Origin: Thermodesulfobacteriota bacterium
GTDB taxonomy: Bacteria > Desulfobacterota > Desulfobacteria > Desulfobacterales > JACKCP01
Assembly: GCA_051744925.1 (NCBI GenBank)
Contig: JBNJDM010000002.1
Coordinates: 645 to 64,644 of the forward strand
DNA: 64,000 nucleotides
Direction: 5' to 3'
The notes beneath the pieces are model-generated. The model did no database searches. It had not been told where the DNA came from and worked only from the letters and a program-made list of their open reading frames with translations. Positions 30,245-40,126 of this stretch are shown piece by piece; position 1 is the stretch's first letter; every line of letters begins with the position of its first letter. Position numbers and translations under genes: made by a program.

Positions 30245-32581
30245 CTAGAAGCCCTTGAATGGGTTTGGACCTAGCGATTCAATTTTTTCCACAAATCCGT
30301 TTATCATATCAGGCACATTATCATAGTCATCAATGGCCACTTCAAACTGCTCAACTCTTTCATTTTCCAGTCCCAGACTGTCAAGAGTCTCACCCATTTT
30401 AGAAGTACGTATATCCATAAGCTCACTACCTTTAACAAAGTGACACTGATAATCATCACCATGCTTGCACCCAAGCATAAAAACACCGTCCATGCCCTGG
30501 GACATAGCATCTTTAATCCAGATAACATTTACTGAGCCAAGACACCTTACAGGGATTATACGTACATCTGCATGAATATTCTGCCTGTGCAGAGCAGCCA
30601 TATCAAGAGCAGGATAGGCATCATTTTCACATACAAGACCTAAAATTCTAAGAGGCGGCTCATCAAAATCCCAGTCTGATGGAACCCAAACAGACTTAAT
30701 CATGGAGCCTACACTGTCGATATTGTAATCTGCAAATCCGATTATTCTTTCAGGACATGCTCCCATGCAAGTACCGCATCTGCGGCAGCGTGTAGGATTA
30801 GGCTTAGGTGTACCTTTTGAATCATCATCAAGTGCGCCAAAAGGACATTCTTCTGTACAACGCTTACACTGAGTACAACGCTGAAAAAAGAAATCAGGGT
30901 AAGTCATATCACCGGATCTTGGATGTACTGCAACACCCCTTCCGGATGATTCAATCGCCTGAATAGCTTTAAGAGCTGCACCGCGGGCATCTTCAACTGA
31001 TTCTTCTATTGTCATTCCTCGTCTTACAGCACCTGCTGCATAAACGCCTGTTCTCTGTGTTTCATAAGGAAAGCATATAAAATTTGAATCTGCATATCCG
31101 TCAAATATATCATTATCTCTGAATCCGGGCCCCTGTCTGTAGGCAAGGTTAACAACTGCATCATCATATGTTGCAGGCACCATACCTGAAGCAAGAACTA
31201 CCATATCAGCTTTTATTGTAACATCGTTTCCAAGTAGTGTCCCGCTTGCTGAAACCGCAAGATTACCACCATCTTCCTTAACTTCGTTCACAGCACCTTT
31301 TGTAAGGAAAATCCCTGTATCCTGCTGAACTTCCTTGTAGAAATCCTCCATAAGCCCCGGAGTTCTCATGTGCTGATAAACAACATAAGCCTTGCCATCG
31401 GAGTAATCATCTCTTACATACTTTGCCTGCTTAAGAGCAACCATACTTGTTACAGAACCGGTATAATCAAAATCTGAATCATCCTCATCTTTACCCGGGC
31501 TCTGAACAAAAACTACATTCTTCGCAGGTTTTCCGTCAGAAGGTCTTAGTATTTTACCTTTAGCAGCAAGTTCTTCAAACTCATGATTTGTAACAACATC
31601 TTTACTGTCAACACCAAGATGAGCAAATTTTTCCTTATCAAGCTCAGCCGGTCTCCATCCTGCAGCAAGAACTACACCTGCAAAAGGCTCGCCATTTGGA
31701 TCGAATGTAAGAACGTCTGCACGTCCTTCATTGATTTTGTCATATATCTCTCTTAACTGATCAACATCAAGAGGATTACCTTTTTCATCGTAACGCTGCT
31801 CTTCGGGAACTGCCTGGGGAACATCAAACTCAATTTCTTCACCAGGTTTTTTGAATGTTACTACAAATTCACCGGGCTGACCTGCAATACGAGCTACTAG
31901 AGTAGATGTTCTAATATCAATTTTAGAATTATTTTCAGCTTTCTGAATAAGAGTATCTACCACAGGATCAACAAGACCTCTTGTATAGTCTCCCATCGGG
32001 ATCTGCTTTCTCATTTTAGCAGCATAACCACCGATCTTTTCCTCTTTTTCAACAACAGTTACATCATAACCTGCTTCAGCTGCTTCGATTGCAGAAGTAA
32101 GACCTGTGACACCGGCACCTATAACAAGGATATTGCGGTTAAAAGTCTCAGGTTTATAAGGTTCAGGAAGCTCTATCTTCTCAAGTCTTGCAAGACCCAT
32201 TCTAATATAGTCTGCAGCAGCCATCTGAATATTATCTACAAAATATTCATCTGCAAGCTCTTCTTCTGTTTTTGGTGCAGGAAACTGTTCTCTTGAACAA
32301 GACCATGCAATACCTTCTCTTAAACTTACTCTGTCAACAAGACATCCTTCAAAACGGAAAATATCAAAATTAACCCGCTTTGAACAAGCTGCTATTGAAA
32401 GAGCATTAACTCCGCTTTCTGTTTCCTTTTTCAGGAAATCAACACCATCATCACTGCATAGACAAGGATGCGTTTTGCAGTCCTGACCATTTTCTCCGGC
32501 CACTTCTACAAGATTGTCTATGTTCAGAGTGTCTCCGATTCCGCACCCTGTACAAATATATGTGCAATACTTTTTATCCAT
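30245..32581 (-). CDS. qmoB: QmoB (HdrA-like flavoprotein with Fe-S clusters and MvhD-like C-terminus)
   Basis: 778 aa. FAD fold VIGAGVTGLTSA; CTQCKRCTEECP and CRRCGTCMGACP; C-terminal cysteine-containing MvhD-like region. Confidence 0.9.
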   Translation of the reverse strand: MDKKYCTYICTGCGIGDTLNIDNLVEVAGENGQDCKTHPCLCSDDGVDFLKKETESGVNALSIAACSKRVNFDIFRFEGCLVDRVSLREGIAWSCSREQFPAPKTEEELADEYFVDNIQMAAADYIRMGLARLEKIELPEPYKPETFNRNILVIGAGVTGLTSAIEAAEAGYDVTVVEKEEKIGGYAAKMRKQIPMGDYTRGLVDPVVDTLIQKAENNSKIDIRTSTLVARIAGQPGEFVVTFKKPGEEIEFDVPQAVPEEQRYDEKGNPLDVDQLREIYDKINEGRADVLTFDPNGEPFAGVVLAAGWRPAELDKEKFAHLGVDSKDVVTNHEFEELAAKGKILRPSDGKPAKNVVFVQSPGKDEDDSDFDYTGSVTSMVALKQAKYVRDDYSDGKAYVVYQHMRTPGLMEDFYKEVQQDTGIFLTKGAVNEVKEDGGNLAVSASGTLLGNDVTIKADMVVLASGMVPATYDDAVVNLAYRQGPGFRDNDIFDGYADSNFICFPYETQRTGVYAAGAVRRGMTIEESVEDARGAALKAIQAIESSGRGVAVHPRSGDMTYPDFFFQRCTQCKRCTEECPFGALDDDSKGTPKPNPTRCRRCGTCMGACPERIIGFADYNIDSVGSMIKSVWVPSDWDFDEPPLRILGLVCENDAYPALDMAALHRQNIHADVRIIPVRCLGSVNVIWIKDAMSQGMDGVFMLGCKHGDDYQCHFVKGSELMDIRTSKMGETLDSLGLENERVEQFEVAIDDYDNVPDMINGFVEKIESLGPNPFKGF

Positions 32582-32596
32582 TTTTTAAGCTCCCCC

Positions 32597-33871
32597 CTAA
32601 GATCTCTTAACGGTTTGAATAGCTTTAAGAGCCATACCGGTAGCATTCTGGTTGCTTGAAACAACATCAAGAGGCTTGTTTGCACAACCGACAGCAAACA
32701 TCCCGCCTTTATCAAAATCGTTTTGAATGAAACCGTATTCAGAAATTTTGAGATCTGCTTTCGGCTTTTCCTTTGCAGCAGTCGGCTGCATGCCTGTAGC
32801 AAGAACCGCCATATCAACTTTCTGACGAATCTTTTCTCCTGAAACAGCATCTTCTGCTACTACTGTAATATTGCCGCTGTCATCTTCATCAACTTCAGCA
32901 ACCTTGCCTTTTACAAAAAAGATGTTTTCATCTTCTTTTAATGCTTTATAAAATTTTTCGTAACGATACCCCGGAGCTCTCATATCTATATAGTAAATAT
33001 AAATTTTTGCATCCGGATACTGAGAACGGATATAATTTGCGTGCTTAAGAGATGCCATGCAGCAAATATATGAACAATACGGAAGATGATTTTCATCTCT
33101 TGAGCCTGCACACTGAACAAAAGCAACACTTTCCGGTTCTTTGTCATCAGAAGGCCTTACAATTTTTCCTTTTGTAGGTCCGTTTGGTGCAGCAAGGCGT
33201 TCAACCATCATATTTGTAACAATGTTCGGGTATCTGCCGAATCCGAGATTGTCTATTTTTGATGCGTCATAAGGCTCCCATCCAGTAGCCCAGACAACGG
33301 AACCGACATTAAGACTGAAAGTTTTTGCTTCCATATCAAGATCTACAGCATCATACTTGCATGCCTCTTTGCATTTTTGTGCATCTTCTGTACCTATAAT
33401 AACAGGGTCTATGACATATCTCTGAGGATAAGCCATTTCGTGGGGAAGGTAAGCTGCTTTGGTTTTGTCCATACCGAAATTATACTCATTATCAATTTCG
33501 GTTTCACAAACCTTTGCACATTCTCCGCAGCATGTACATTTTGAAGTTACATACCTTGGGTTTGTTTTAATTTTTACTTCATAACTACCTGCAGAACCGC
33601 TTACTTTTTCAACCTCTGACATGGTCAAAGTTTTAACACGCGGATTGTCTTTAATTCTGCGGTAATTGATCTCAAGTCCGCATGTAGGCGGACAAAGCTT
33701 GGGAAAATACTGGTTCAACTGAGACACCCTACCTCCAAGGGAGGGGGATTTCTCAACAATATAAACCTCGTAACCGACTTCTGCTGCTTCAAGAGCGGTG
33801 GTAAGACCACTTATTCCGCCACCTACTACAAGAATGCTGCCGCCGGCAGGGGCTGTAGTTTCAACACTCAT
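32597..33871 (-). CDS. qmoA: QmoA (HdrA-like flavoprotein)
   Basis: 424 aa. VVGGGISGLTTA FAD motif and HdrA-like cysteines CTCCGECAKVC. Position between aprA and qmoB. Confidence 0.9.
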   Translation of the reverse strand: MSVETTAPAGGSILVVGGGISGLTTALEAAEVGYEVYIVEKSPSLGGRVSQLNQYFPKLCPPTCGLEINYRRIKDNPRVKTLTMSEVEKVSGSAGSYEVKIKTNPRYVTSKCTCCGECAKVCETEIDNEYNFGMDKTKAAYLPHEMAYPQRYVIDPVIIGTEDAQKCKEACKYDAVDLDMEAKTFSLNVGSVVWATGWEPYDASKIDNLGFGRYPNIVTNMMVERLAAPNGPTKGKIVRPSDDKEPESVAFVQCAGSRDENHLPYCSYICCMASLKHANYIRSQYPDAKIYIYYIDMRAPGYRYEKFYKALKEDENIFFVKGKVAEVDEDDSGNITVVAEDAVSGEKIRQKVDMAVLATGMQPTAAKEKPKADLKISEYGFIQNDFDKGGMFAVGCANKPLDVVSSNQNATGMALKAIQTVKRS

Positions 33872-34002
33872 GCTACTCCTCCTGGATTAAAGTTTTAAAC
33901 CTTTTAGATCATCAATCCTTCCTTGCATACATTGCCTCTCGCATTATGCTCATATTTTCAAACACTTTAACTATATCCAAAAATAAAAGCATATCTGCTG
34001 AT

Positions 34003-34044
34003 ATTAATAAAAACCTCCAGACTCAAAAATCTGAATCTGGAGGT
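34003..34044 (-). terminator. Intra-operon hairpin plus T-tract between aprA and qmoA (partial terminator / attenuator candidate)
   Basis: Minus strand ACCTCCAGA (34044-34036), 14-nt loop, TCTGGAGGT (34021-34013), then TTTTATTAATAT. Lies 42 nt downstream of the aprA stop. Confidence 0.5.
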
Positions 34045-34085
34045 ATTATTTAATCGGGCATTTTCATACCACAGTCATTTCCTTT

Positions 34086-36065
34086 TTACTGCATTGGAAT
34101 GATTCTGTGATAAGGAACTTTCTTCATTGTCCACTCATTAGCTTTCTTATCGAAAGAAGAGTTAACAAAACAGAACCAGTTTTCATCGTCCTGGTAGTTA
34201 TGATCTGTTCTGTAGTAGAAGCCAGGATATCTTGTTTCTTTACGGAACATGATGTGACGGGTGTGAGCTTCAACAGTATAAATTCTGTGGAAGATCTCCC
34301 AGCATCTCATAAGTTCGTGAAGGTCTCCGGCTGCCAGATATTCACAGTCTTCCTTCATAACAGCAAACAGATCCATAAGATGCTCAAGTGCCTGCTGGTT
34401 TGTCTGATAGTATGTAGCAATACCGCCGCCGTACTCATTTGTAGCCTTCATAAGACGCATTGTCATACCTGCAGGCTTACAGTATTTAGGGTTAACGTCA
34501 GCGTCAGTTGAATAATCTTTGTTTTCAAACCATGTCTTAACAGGCTTCCAAACCATATCTGCTGCTTCCTGTGCATTCAATTCAGGTTCAGGCTTGAAAT
34601 CAGGATGGTCTTTTACCCAGCGAACCATCTGCTTAGCATTGATTCTACCTTCTGCATGTGAACCGGAAGAGAACTTATGTCCTGAAGCAGCAATACCGTC
34701 AGCTGCTGTAAAAAGTCCTTTTACAGTTGTCATCTGAGAGTAAACCTTGCCGTTATCGCCCCACTTGTAATCATCTGGTACCCAGTCCTGATCCGGCCCT
34801 GATACCCAGATACCGCAGCATCCTGAGTGAGATCCCAGAAGGTATGGCTCTGTAGGCATAATTTCTGATCTTTTCTTCTCAGGCTCTGTGTCTGTTGCAA
34901 GCCAAAGGTTTGCCTGGCCGCAAGTCATATCAAGGAAATCTTCCCAGGCTTCAGCTTCAAGATGCTTAAGCTCTTTTTTATCCATTGTCTCACCAAGCTT
35001 CTGAAGAGCTTCAGGAGTAGTCATTGTAATCGGACCGCGTCCTGCTTTCATTTCGAAAAGCATAAGGTGGTTACGAAGACATGTTGGAGGAATTGCGCCT
35101 GTTCCGTAAGGAGCATAGTTTGCAAGCTCGTCTTTTGCGCTCTGAGCTGCTGCGTAGTTTTCACCAAGAGAGTTTTCAAGATGAGCTTTGAAAAGAAGGA
35201 ACCATGCACCAACTGGTCCGTATCCATCTTTGAAACGAGCCGGTGTGAAACGGTTTTCCATCATTGAAAGTTCTGCACCTGCTCTTAGAGCCATTGTGTA
35301 TGTAGAACCAGCGTTCCATACAGGATACCATGCACGGCCTTTACCTTCACCAACTGAACGTGGCTGGTAAATGTTTACAGCACCACCGCATGCAACCATC
35401 ATTGCGTTTGTTTTGAAGTAATGTACTTCGTTTTCACGTACTGAAAAACCTACAGCACCTGAAATACGGTTTTCTTCGTTCTTGTCGTTAAGAAGCTCAA
35501 CAATGAAAATTCTTTCCATGATATTATCTTCGCCAAGAGCTTTTTTAGCTGCTTCAGCAACGATTCTCTTGTAAGATTCACCGTTGATCATGATCTGCCA
35601 TTTACCTGTACGAACAGGCTTGGCGCCGTCTTTAAGCTGACCTAATTTAAGGCCCTGCTTACCGTTTAGGTTTTTATTGTTATCATCTTTTTTCCAGATT
35701 GGAAGTCCCCACTCTTCGAAAAGATGTACAGAATCGTCAACGTGGCGTCCAAGGTTGAAGATAAGGTCTTCACGAACAATACCAAGAAGGTCGTTACGTA
35801 CCATACGTACATAATCGTCAACTGTATTGTCGCCAATATAAGTGTTGATAGCTGAAAGCCCCTGTGCAACAGCACCTGATCTTTCCATTGCAGCTTTATC
35901 AACAAGAAGAATTTTCATATCATCGTCAGCCCACTTCTTAATTTCAAAGGCTGTACCGCATGCTGCCATACCGCCGCCAACGATAAGAATATCTACGTCA
36001 TGCTCTTTAATTTCAGGGGTTTCTGTACACTTAAGTTCACCCGCTGCTTTATTTGGTAATGCCAT
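34086..36065 (-). CDS. aprA: Adenylylsulfate (APS) reductase alpha subunit
   Basis: 659 aa. DILIVGGGMAACG FAD motif; overall AprA-specific sequence (for example GAVAQGLSAINTY and YRTDHNYQDDENW); follows aprB. Confidence 0.95.
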   Translation of the reverse strand: MALPNKAAGELKCTETPEIKEHDVDILIVGGGMAACGTAFEIKKWADDDMKILLVDKAAMERSGAVAQGLSAINTYIGDNTVDDYVRMVRNDLLGIVREDLIFNLGRHVDDSVHLFEEWGLPIWKKDDNNKNLNGKQGLKLGQLKDGAKPVRTGKWQIMINGESYKRIVAEAAKKALGEDNIMERIFIVELLNDKNEENRISGAVGFSVRENEVHYFKTNAMMVACGGAVNIYQPRSVGEGKGRAWYPVWNAGSTYTMALRAGAELSMMENRFTPARFKDGYGPVGAWFLLFKAHLENSLGENYAAAQSAKDELANYAPYGTGAIPPTCLRNHLMLFEMKAGRGPITMTTPEALQKLGETMDKKELKHLEAEAWEDFLDMTCGQANLWLATDTEPEKKRSEIMPTEPYLLGSHSGCCGIWVSGPDQDWVPDDYKWGDNGKVYSQMTTVKGLFTAADGIAASGHKFSSGSHAEGRINAKQMVRWVKDHPDFKPEPELNAQEAADMVWKPVKTWFENKDYSTDADVNPKYCKPAGMTMRLMKATNEYGGGIATYYQTNQQALEHLMDLFAVMKEDCEYLAAGDLHELMRCWEIFHRIYTVEAHTRHIMFRKETRYPGFYYRTDHNYQDDENWFCFVNSSFDKKANEWTMKKVPYHRIIPMQ

Positions 36066-36134
36066 CTATTTCCTCCTAAGATGTTAAGGATATTTTTGAT
36101 TTAATTTCTATCCAATAAATAAAAGATCTTTATA

Positions 36135-36578
36135 CTACTGCTTCCATACAGGAGTTTCTATCGGCTCAAGAAGAGTTTTTCCTGTTTCGGTAGCAAGAAT
36201 ATCATCTTCAAGATTTTCTCCCTTAAGATCTTCATATGCGTTTGCACTTCCTTCAGAAGTTGTTCTGATAGGAAACTTAAAACGCTTAACATTACCGTTA
36301 CGGAATTTACATGTCCACATGATGTCTTCAGTACCCATCATAGGAACAAGATCTGACCCCATAGGAACAAAGTCAGAATAACCACGAACACCGATAGCCT
36401 GGTTTGGGCATATTTTGATGCATGAGAAACATTCCCAGCATGCATCCGGCTCCTGGTTGTAAGCTTTCATTTCATTCGGGTCAAGAACCATAAGGTCGTT
36501 GGGGCAAATATACATACATGCTGTCTTATCGCCGCCTTTACACCCGTCGCATTTTTCTGCAATTACAAAACTTGGCAT
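36135..36578 (-). CDS. aprB: Adenylylsulfate reductase beta subunit
   Basis: 147 aa. MPSFVIAEKCDGCKG...CMYICPNDLM...CWECFSCIKICP, two [4Fe-4S] motifs, plus an AprB-type C-terminal tail. Confidence 0.95.
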   Translation of the reverse strand: MPSFVIAEKCDGCKGGDKTACMYICPNDLMVLDPNEMKAYNQEPDACWECFSCIKICPNQAIGVRGYSDFVPMGSDLVPMMGTEDIMWTCKFRNGNVKRFKFPIRTTSEGSANAYEDLKGENLEDDILATETGKTLLEPIETPVWKQ

Positions 36579-36629
36579 TTACAATACCTCCATTCATTAA
36601 CGTTATATATAAACAATTTACCCTATACC

Positions 36630-36649
36630 AACAATGCAGATGCATTGTT
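36630..36649. promoter_or_regulatory. Perfect 9-2-9 palindrome in the aprB leader (operator or 5'-UTR hairpin candidate)
   Basis: AACAATGCA-GA-TGCATTGTT at 36630-36649, 52-71 nt upstream of the aprB ATG. Confidence 0.4.
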
Positions 36650-36764
36650 TTATTCAATAAGGTTTATTTCCTGAGCCAGCTGCCTTTAAAGCCGGCATAT
36701 ACTCTTTTGCAAAAATTTAGTTAAATATTAAAACTTTAAGATATCTCTGTACAAATAATTTGCG

Positions 36765-36793
36765 ACGTTAACACCACCCTTGGGGGTTGTCAA
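36765..36793 (-). promoter_or_regulatory. Candidate sigma70 promoter for aprBA-qmoABC
   Basis: Minus strand TTGACA (36793-36788), 17 nt, TAACGT (36770-36765). Would give a leader of about 180 nt. Confidence 0.3.
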
Positions 36794-37070
36794 GTGCTTT
36801 TTAAAAGGGGTTCAGGCAAAATTGAAAGTGTCCTTATATATAGCTGTTTGAACCTTTACAAAATACTGTATATTGAAAGGATCACCCCTAACTGAATCCT
36901 GATTAGCATACCTTAACACCTGTCTTTAAAGAAAACTTTTTTTCGCAATTTTTTGTTGCACGATATCTCTTTTTGATATATTTTAATTTGGTTAAAATTT
37001 TTATTTTGTAACATATAAATAAAAATTTAAAAAAATTTTACGTACAAAACCTTAAAGAAAGCAGGAACTT

Positions 37071-37781
37071 ATGTCTTCCATAGATCCTATAAGTAAAACA
37101 GATGACCTTGTTTTCAGATGCGGAACAGATCTTCCGTGCTTTAACTTGTGCTGCAGAGGTCTCAACCAGACTATAACAGGATATGATATTCTTAAAATCA
37201 GCAGATTTAAAAATATTACTACACAGAAATTTCTTGTGGCATATTCTTTTTCATACACAGGCAAACAAACCGGAATGCCGGTTGTTTCACTTTTTGAACA
37301 GCCTGAAAAAGATAATTCATGCATTTTTCTTGATGACTCAGGATGCAGTGTTTACAAAGCAAGACCACTTGCATGCAGACTCTATCCTGCAGCCAGAGGA
37401 ATAAGTAAAGACAAAAGAACAGGTAAACTAAAAGAACATTTTGCAATAATAAGTGAAGATCATTGCGAGGGCTTCGGCCTGGGATCCTCTATGACTATTG
37501 CTCAATGGATTGAAGATCAGGGCGCACAAGACTATATTGAAGCAAACGACTTATTTATGCAGCTTGTTCTTGATCTTGGAGAAAAAGGAATCAAGCCCGA
37601 CAAAGATCAGAAAGAATTAATTCTTACAGGATGCTACAACCTCGATCTTTTCCTTGAACAAATTATATCAGGCTCCATAGATAACACTGGGATGCCTGAC
37701 CTTGAAGAACTTAAAAACAACGAATTACTATTATTCAAAACTGGAGTACAATGGACAAGAGATCAGCTCCTGAAAACCTGA
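37071..37781 (+). CDS. YkgJ-family (UPF0153) cysteine-cluster protein, paralog 2
   Basis: 236 aa. CGTDLPCFNLCC and CIFLDDSGCSVYKARPLACRLYP. Confidence 0.75.
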   Translation: MSSIDPISKTDDLVFRCGTDLPCFNLCCRGLNQTITGYDILKISRFKNITTQKFLVAYSFSYTGKQTGMPVVSLFEQPEKDNSCIFLDDSGCSVYKARPLACRLYPAARGISKDKRTGKLKEHFAIISEDHCEGFGLGSSMTIAQWIEDQGAQDYIEANDLFMQLVLDLGEKGIKPDKDQKELILTGCYNLDLFLEQIISGSIDNTGMPDLEELKNNELLLFKTGVQWTRDQLLKT

Positions 37782-38587
37782 AGAACAAATCAGCACTTGT
37801 TCTCGGAGGTATCAAAGGAATAGGAAGGCAAATTGCTGCAGATCTTTTAAGCCAGGGGTGTTCTGTGGCTGTTTCCTATTTTGACTGGACAGAAGAACTT
37901 GAAAATTTAAAAAACATACTCAATGAAACAAACGGCTTTTACTCTCTTCACAATATTGACCTCAGAAATACTGATGAAATCCCCTCATTCATAGAAGATG
38001 TGATAAAAAAACATAAAAAAATTGATATACTGATAAACAATATTGAACGAGGGGGTATGCCTGTAGTTCACGGAGAATACACTTCTCAGCAGTGGGATCT
38101 TGAACAGGAAACCACTTTAAGAGCAAAGCATTTTATTTTCAACTCTGTATTCCCTCAAATGAAAAAGCTTAAGGAAGGATGCATAATAAACATATCTTCA
38201 ATTGCCGGAATCACAGGAAGAAGCGGGCCTGCTGGCCTGATTTTCAACGACGGATATGCCGCTGCAAACAGGGGAATATCATCTTTTACTGAAACCTGGG
38301 CAAAAATGGGCGCACCGAATATAAGGGTAAACGAGCTTATGCTCGGCTTCATAGAAACCAGACACGGGCCCGGAACAAGAGGATGGAACCTTCTTACACC
38401 TAAACAGCAGCAGAGCATAATTGATCATACCCTGTGCAAAACAACCGGGAAAATATCTGATGTTATAAAAGCAGTTAATTTTTTTATAAAAGACGCTCCT
38501 TTTGCAACAGGAAGCGTATTACGGATTGACGGGGGATACGTTCTTGGCTCAGACCCTGTCCCTCACATGCCGGAAGGTGTCGAATAA
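37751..38587 (+). CDS. Short-chain dehydrogenase/reductase family protein with atypical YxxxN in place of YxxxK
   Basis: 278 aa. VLGGIKGIGRQIA Rossmann motif, NNIERGG, ISSIAG, then YAAANRG. 31-nt overlap with the preceding gene. Confidence 0.75.
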   Translation: MDKRSAPENLKNKSALVLGGIKGIGRQIAADLLSQGCSVAVSYFDWTEELENLKNILNETNGFYSLHNIDLRNTDEIPSFIEDVIKKHKKIDILINNIERGGMPVVHGEYTSQQWDLEQETTLRAKHFIFNSVFPQMKKLKEGCIINISSIAGITGRSGPAGLIFNDGYAAANRGISSFTETWAKMGAPNIRVNELMLGFIETRHGPGTRGWNLLTPKQQQSIIDHTLCKTTGKISDVIKAVNFFIKDAPFATGSVLRIDGGYVLGSDPVPHMPEGVE

Positions 38588-38643
38588 ACTGACAATTAAG
38601 ACAGTAACCGACTTGGTAGTAAAATATTTTACCCGGCAACTGT

Positions 38644-39426
38644 TTATTTGAGTCTTATAAATTTTGAACCCCGGCCAAGAGCAAACAAACCTATCCAGTC
38701 GAATGCAAATTTGAGCATTGATTCATCATTTACCTTTATTTTCTGCTGAATATTTTTTTTAACCTTATATCTTTTGAGAAAAGAACTTTTAAAAACAAAA
38801 TCCCTGAATTCATCAATATTATATGCTGCCATAAAAACCATTTTGCCTTTAGGGCCGTAAGGGCCCTCACCGCCCCAGACATCTGAATAGAAAAACTTTG
38901 CTATTTCACTCCACAAAAGAGTCATTTCGTTGGTAAGCTCAGCATCCTGATCTTTTTGCCACGATTTTAATGTATGCTCTCTTGGCTCAGACTGACCCTG
39001 ACAAAAATCAGGAGGCCTGAAAAGATGAACCTGCTCTGCAATCTCTCCGTTTTCATCATACATAACTCCGTGTTCCACAGGAAAATTTCTGCAGGAATCA
39101 GGCCTGTGAGTATATACTGAACAGCCCTGATCAGTTAAAAAGGGACATGTTTGCTCTTTGTTGTCAGCCATGGATAGCATAACATCCGGAAAATAAGAGC
39201 CTTTCTGAAGAACGGCCTCAGTATAATCTTCTATAAAACTGCCCGATGTTATACCAAGCTTTGATCTGAGCATTACCACATCATGGGGATAAAGAAAAAG
39301 ATTGAGATTTCTGCAGCACTTATTAAAACATGTTACTCCGGGATGACAGTCAAAACAGAAAACTTCATCATTTTTTACCTGTTTTCCCCTGCTGTGTATT
39401 TGATTCGATTCTTCAAAAATCTTCAT
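38644..39426 (-). CDS. YkgJ-family (UPF0153) cysteine-cluster protein, paralog 3
   Basis: 260 aa. CHPGVTCFNKCC and CPFLTDQGCSVYTHRPDSCRNFP. Confidence 0.75.
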   Translation of the reverse strand: MKIFEESNQIHSRGKQVKNDEVFCFDCHPGVTCFNKCCRNLNLFLYPHDVVMLRSKLGITSGSFIEDYTEAVLQKGSYFPDVMLSMADNKEQTCPFLTDQGCSVYTHRPDSCRNFPVEHGVMYDENGEIAEQVHLFRPPDFCQGQSEPREHTLKSWQKDQDAELTNEMTLLWSEIAKFFYSDVWGGEGPYGPKGKMVFMAAYNIDEFRDFVFKSSFLKRYKVKKNIQQKIKVNDESMLKFAFDWIGLFALGRGSKFIRLK

Positions 39427-39511
39427 ATAAACCTATCTGCAACTATTCAATAATTGACCAAAAAACCAGAATTTCCTGTTCAGTTAACCCTTATTAAACT
39501 CAAATGCCGGA

Positions 39512-40126
39512 CTAAAAACTGGCAGCTATCATTTCAGCTATTGAATATTTAAATTTAACATTAATATCTGTATTTTTTCTAAGCTCCATCTCAAGATAAG
39601 CAAGATCTCTGTATATATCTGTCCTGTCAAGCATGGGAACAGATTTCATTTCTGCAGAAAGTTCTTCAAACCTGTAACAACCAGGCCCCTCAACCCTCCC
39701 TTTTGGAGTATCAAAATAATGAGCCGTGCCGTGAAGTCTGCAGATCATAAGTCTGTACCCATATAAAAGACAAAATCCGTCTTTATTTACAGGACATAAT
39801 ATTCTTATATTTTCACCTGAATCCTCTGCTTCAGCAGTATATTCTGATATTTTGCGCGCCTTATCAACCACTTCAGCCCTTGCAGACTCATCAAGAGTAT
39901 AAAGCCCTTCCATAAGGTAAAGATATTCAATTACTGTATGATGTTTAAAATGTGTGTAACAGCAGTTATCATTACACCCTTCACAAGTAAAGTTAAGAGC
40001 ATCGGCTACTATGGAATAACGCTTTTGCATTTCTGCATATATATCCCTGAGTCTGGAAAAATAATAATCCTTGTCAGCTTTTGGTATTTTTATATCTTTA
40101 AAAATCAATAGATTCTCCTTATACAA
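39512..40126 (-). CDS. YkgJ-like cysteine-cluster protein, paralog 4
   Basis: 204 aa. CEGCNDNCC and CPVNKDGFCLLYGYRLMICRLHG. 8-nt overlap with the upstream dGTPase-like gene. Confidence 0.6.
   Translation of the reverse strand: MYKENLLIFKDIKIPKADKDYYFSRLRDIYAEMQKRYSIVADALNFTCEGCNDNCCYTHFKHHTVIEYLYLMEGLYTLDESARAEVVDKARKISEYTAEAEDSGENIRILCPVNKDGFCLLYGYRLMICRLHGTAHYFDTPKGRVEGPGCYRFEELSAEMKSVPMLDRTDIYRDLAYLEMELRKNTDINVKFKYSIAEMIAASF

Noticed and set aside
36579-37070. Looked for a Rex operator (TTGTGAA-N6-TTCACAA) or sigma54 promoter (TGGCAC-N5-TTGC) upstream of aprB.
   Set aside because: No match better than half-sites was found by eye. Only the unrelated 9-2-9 palindrome at 36630-36649 stands out.
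37052-37324. 90-aa minus-strand ORF overlapping the start of the YkgJ paralog 2 gene.
   Set aside because: It is antisense to a motif-supported gene and would begin inside it. It has no RBS or recognisable domain.
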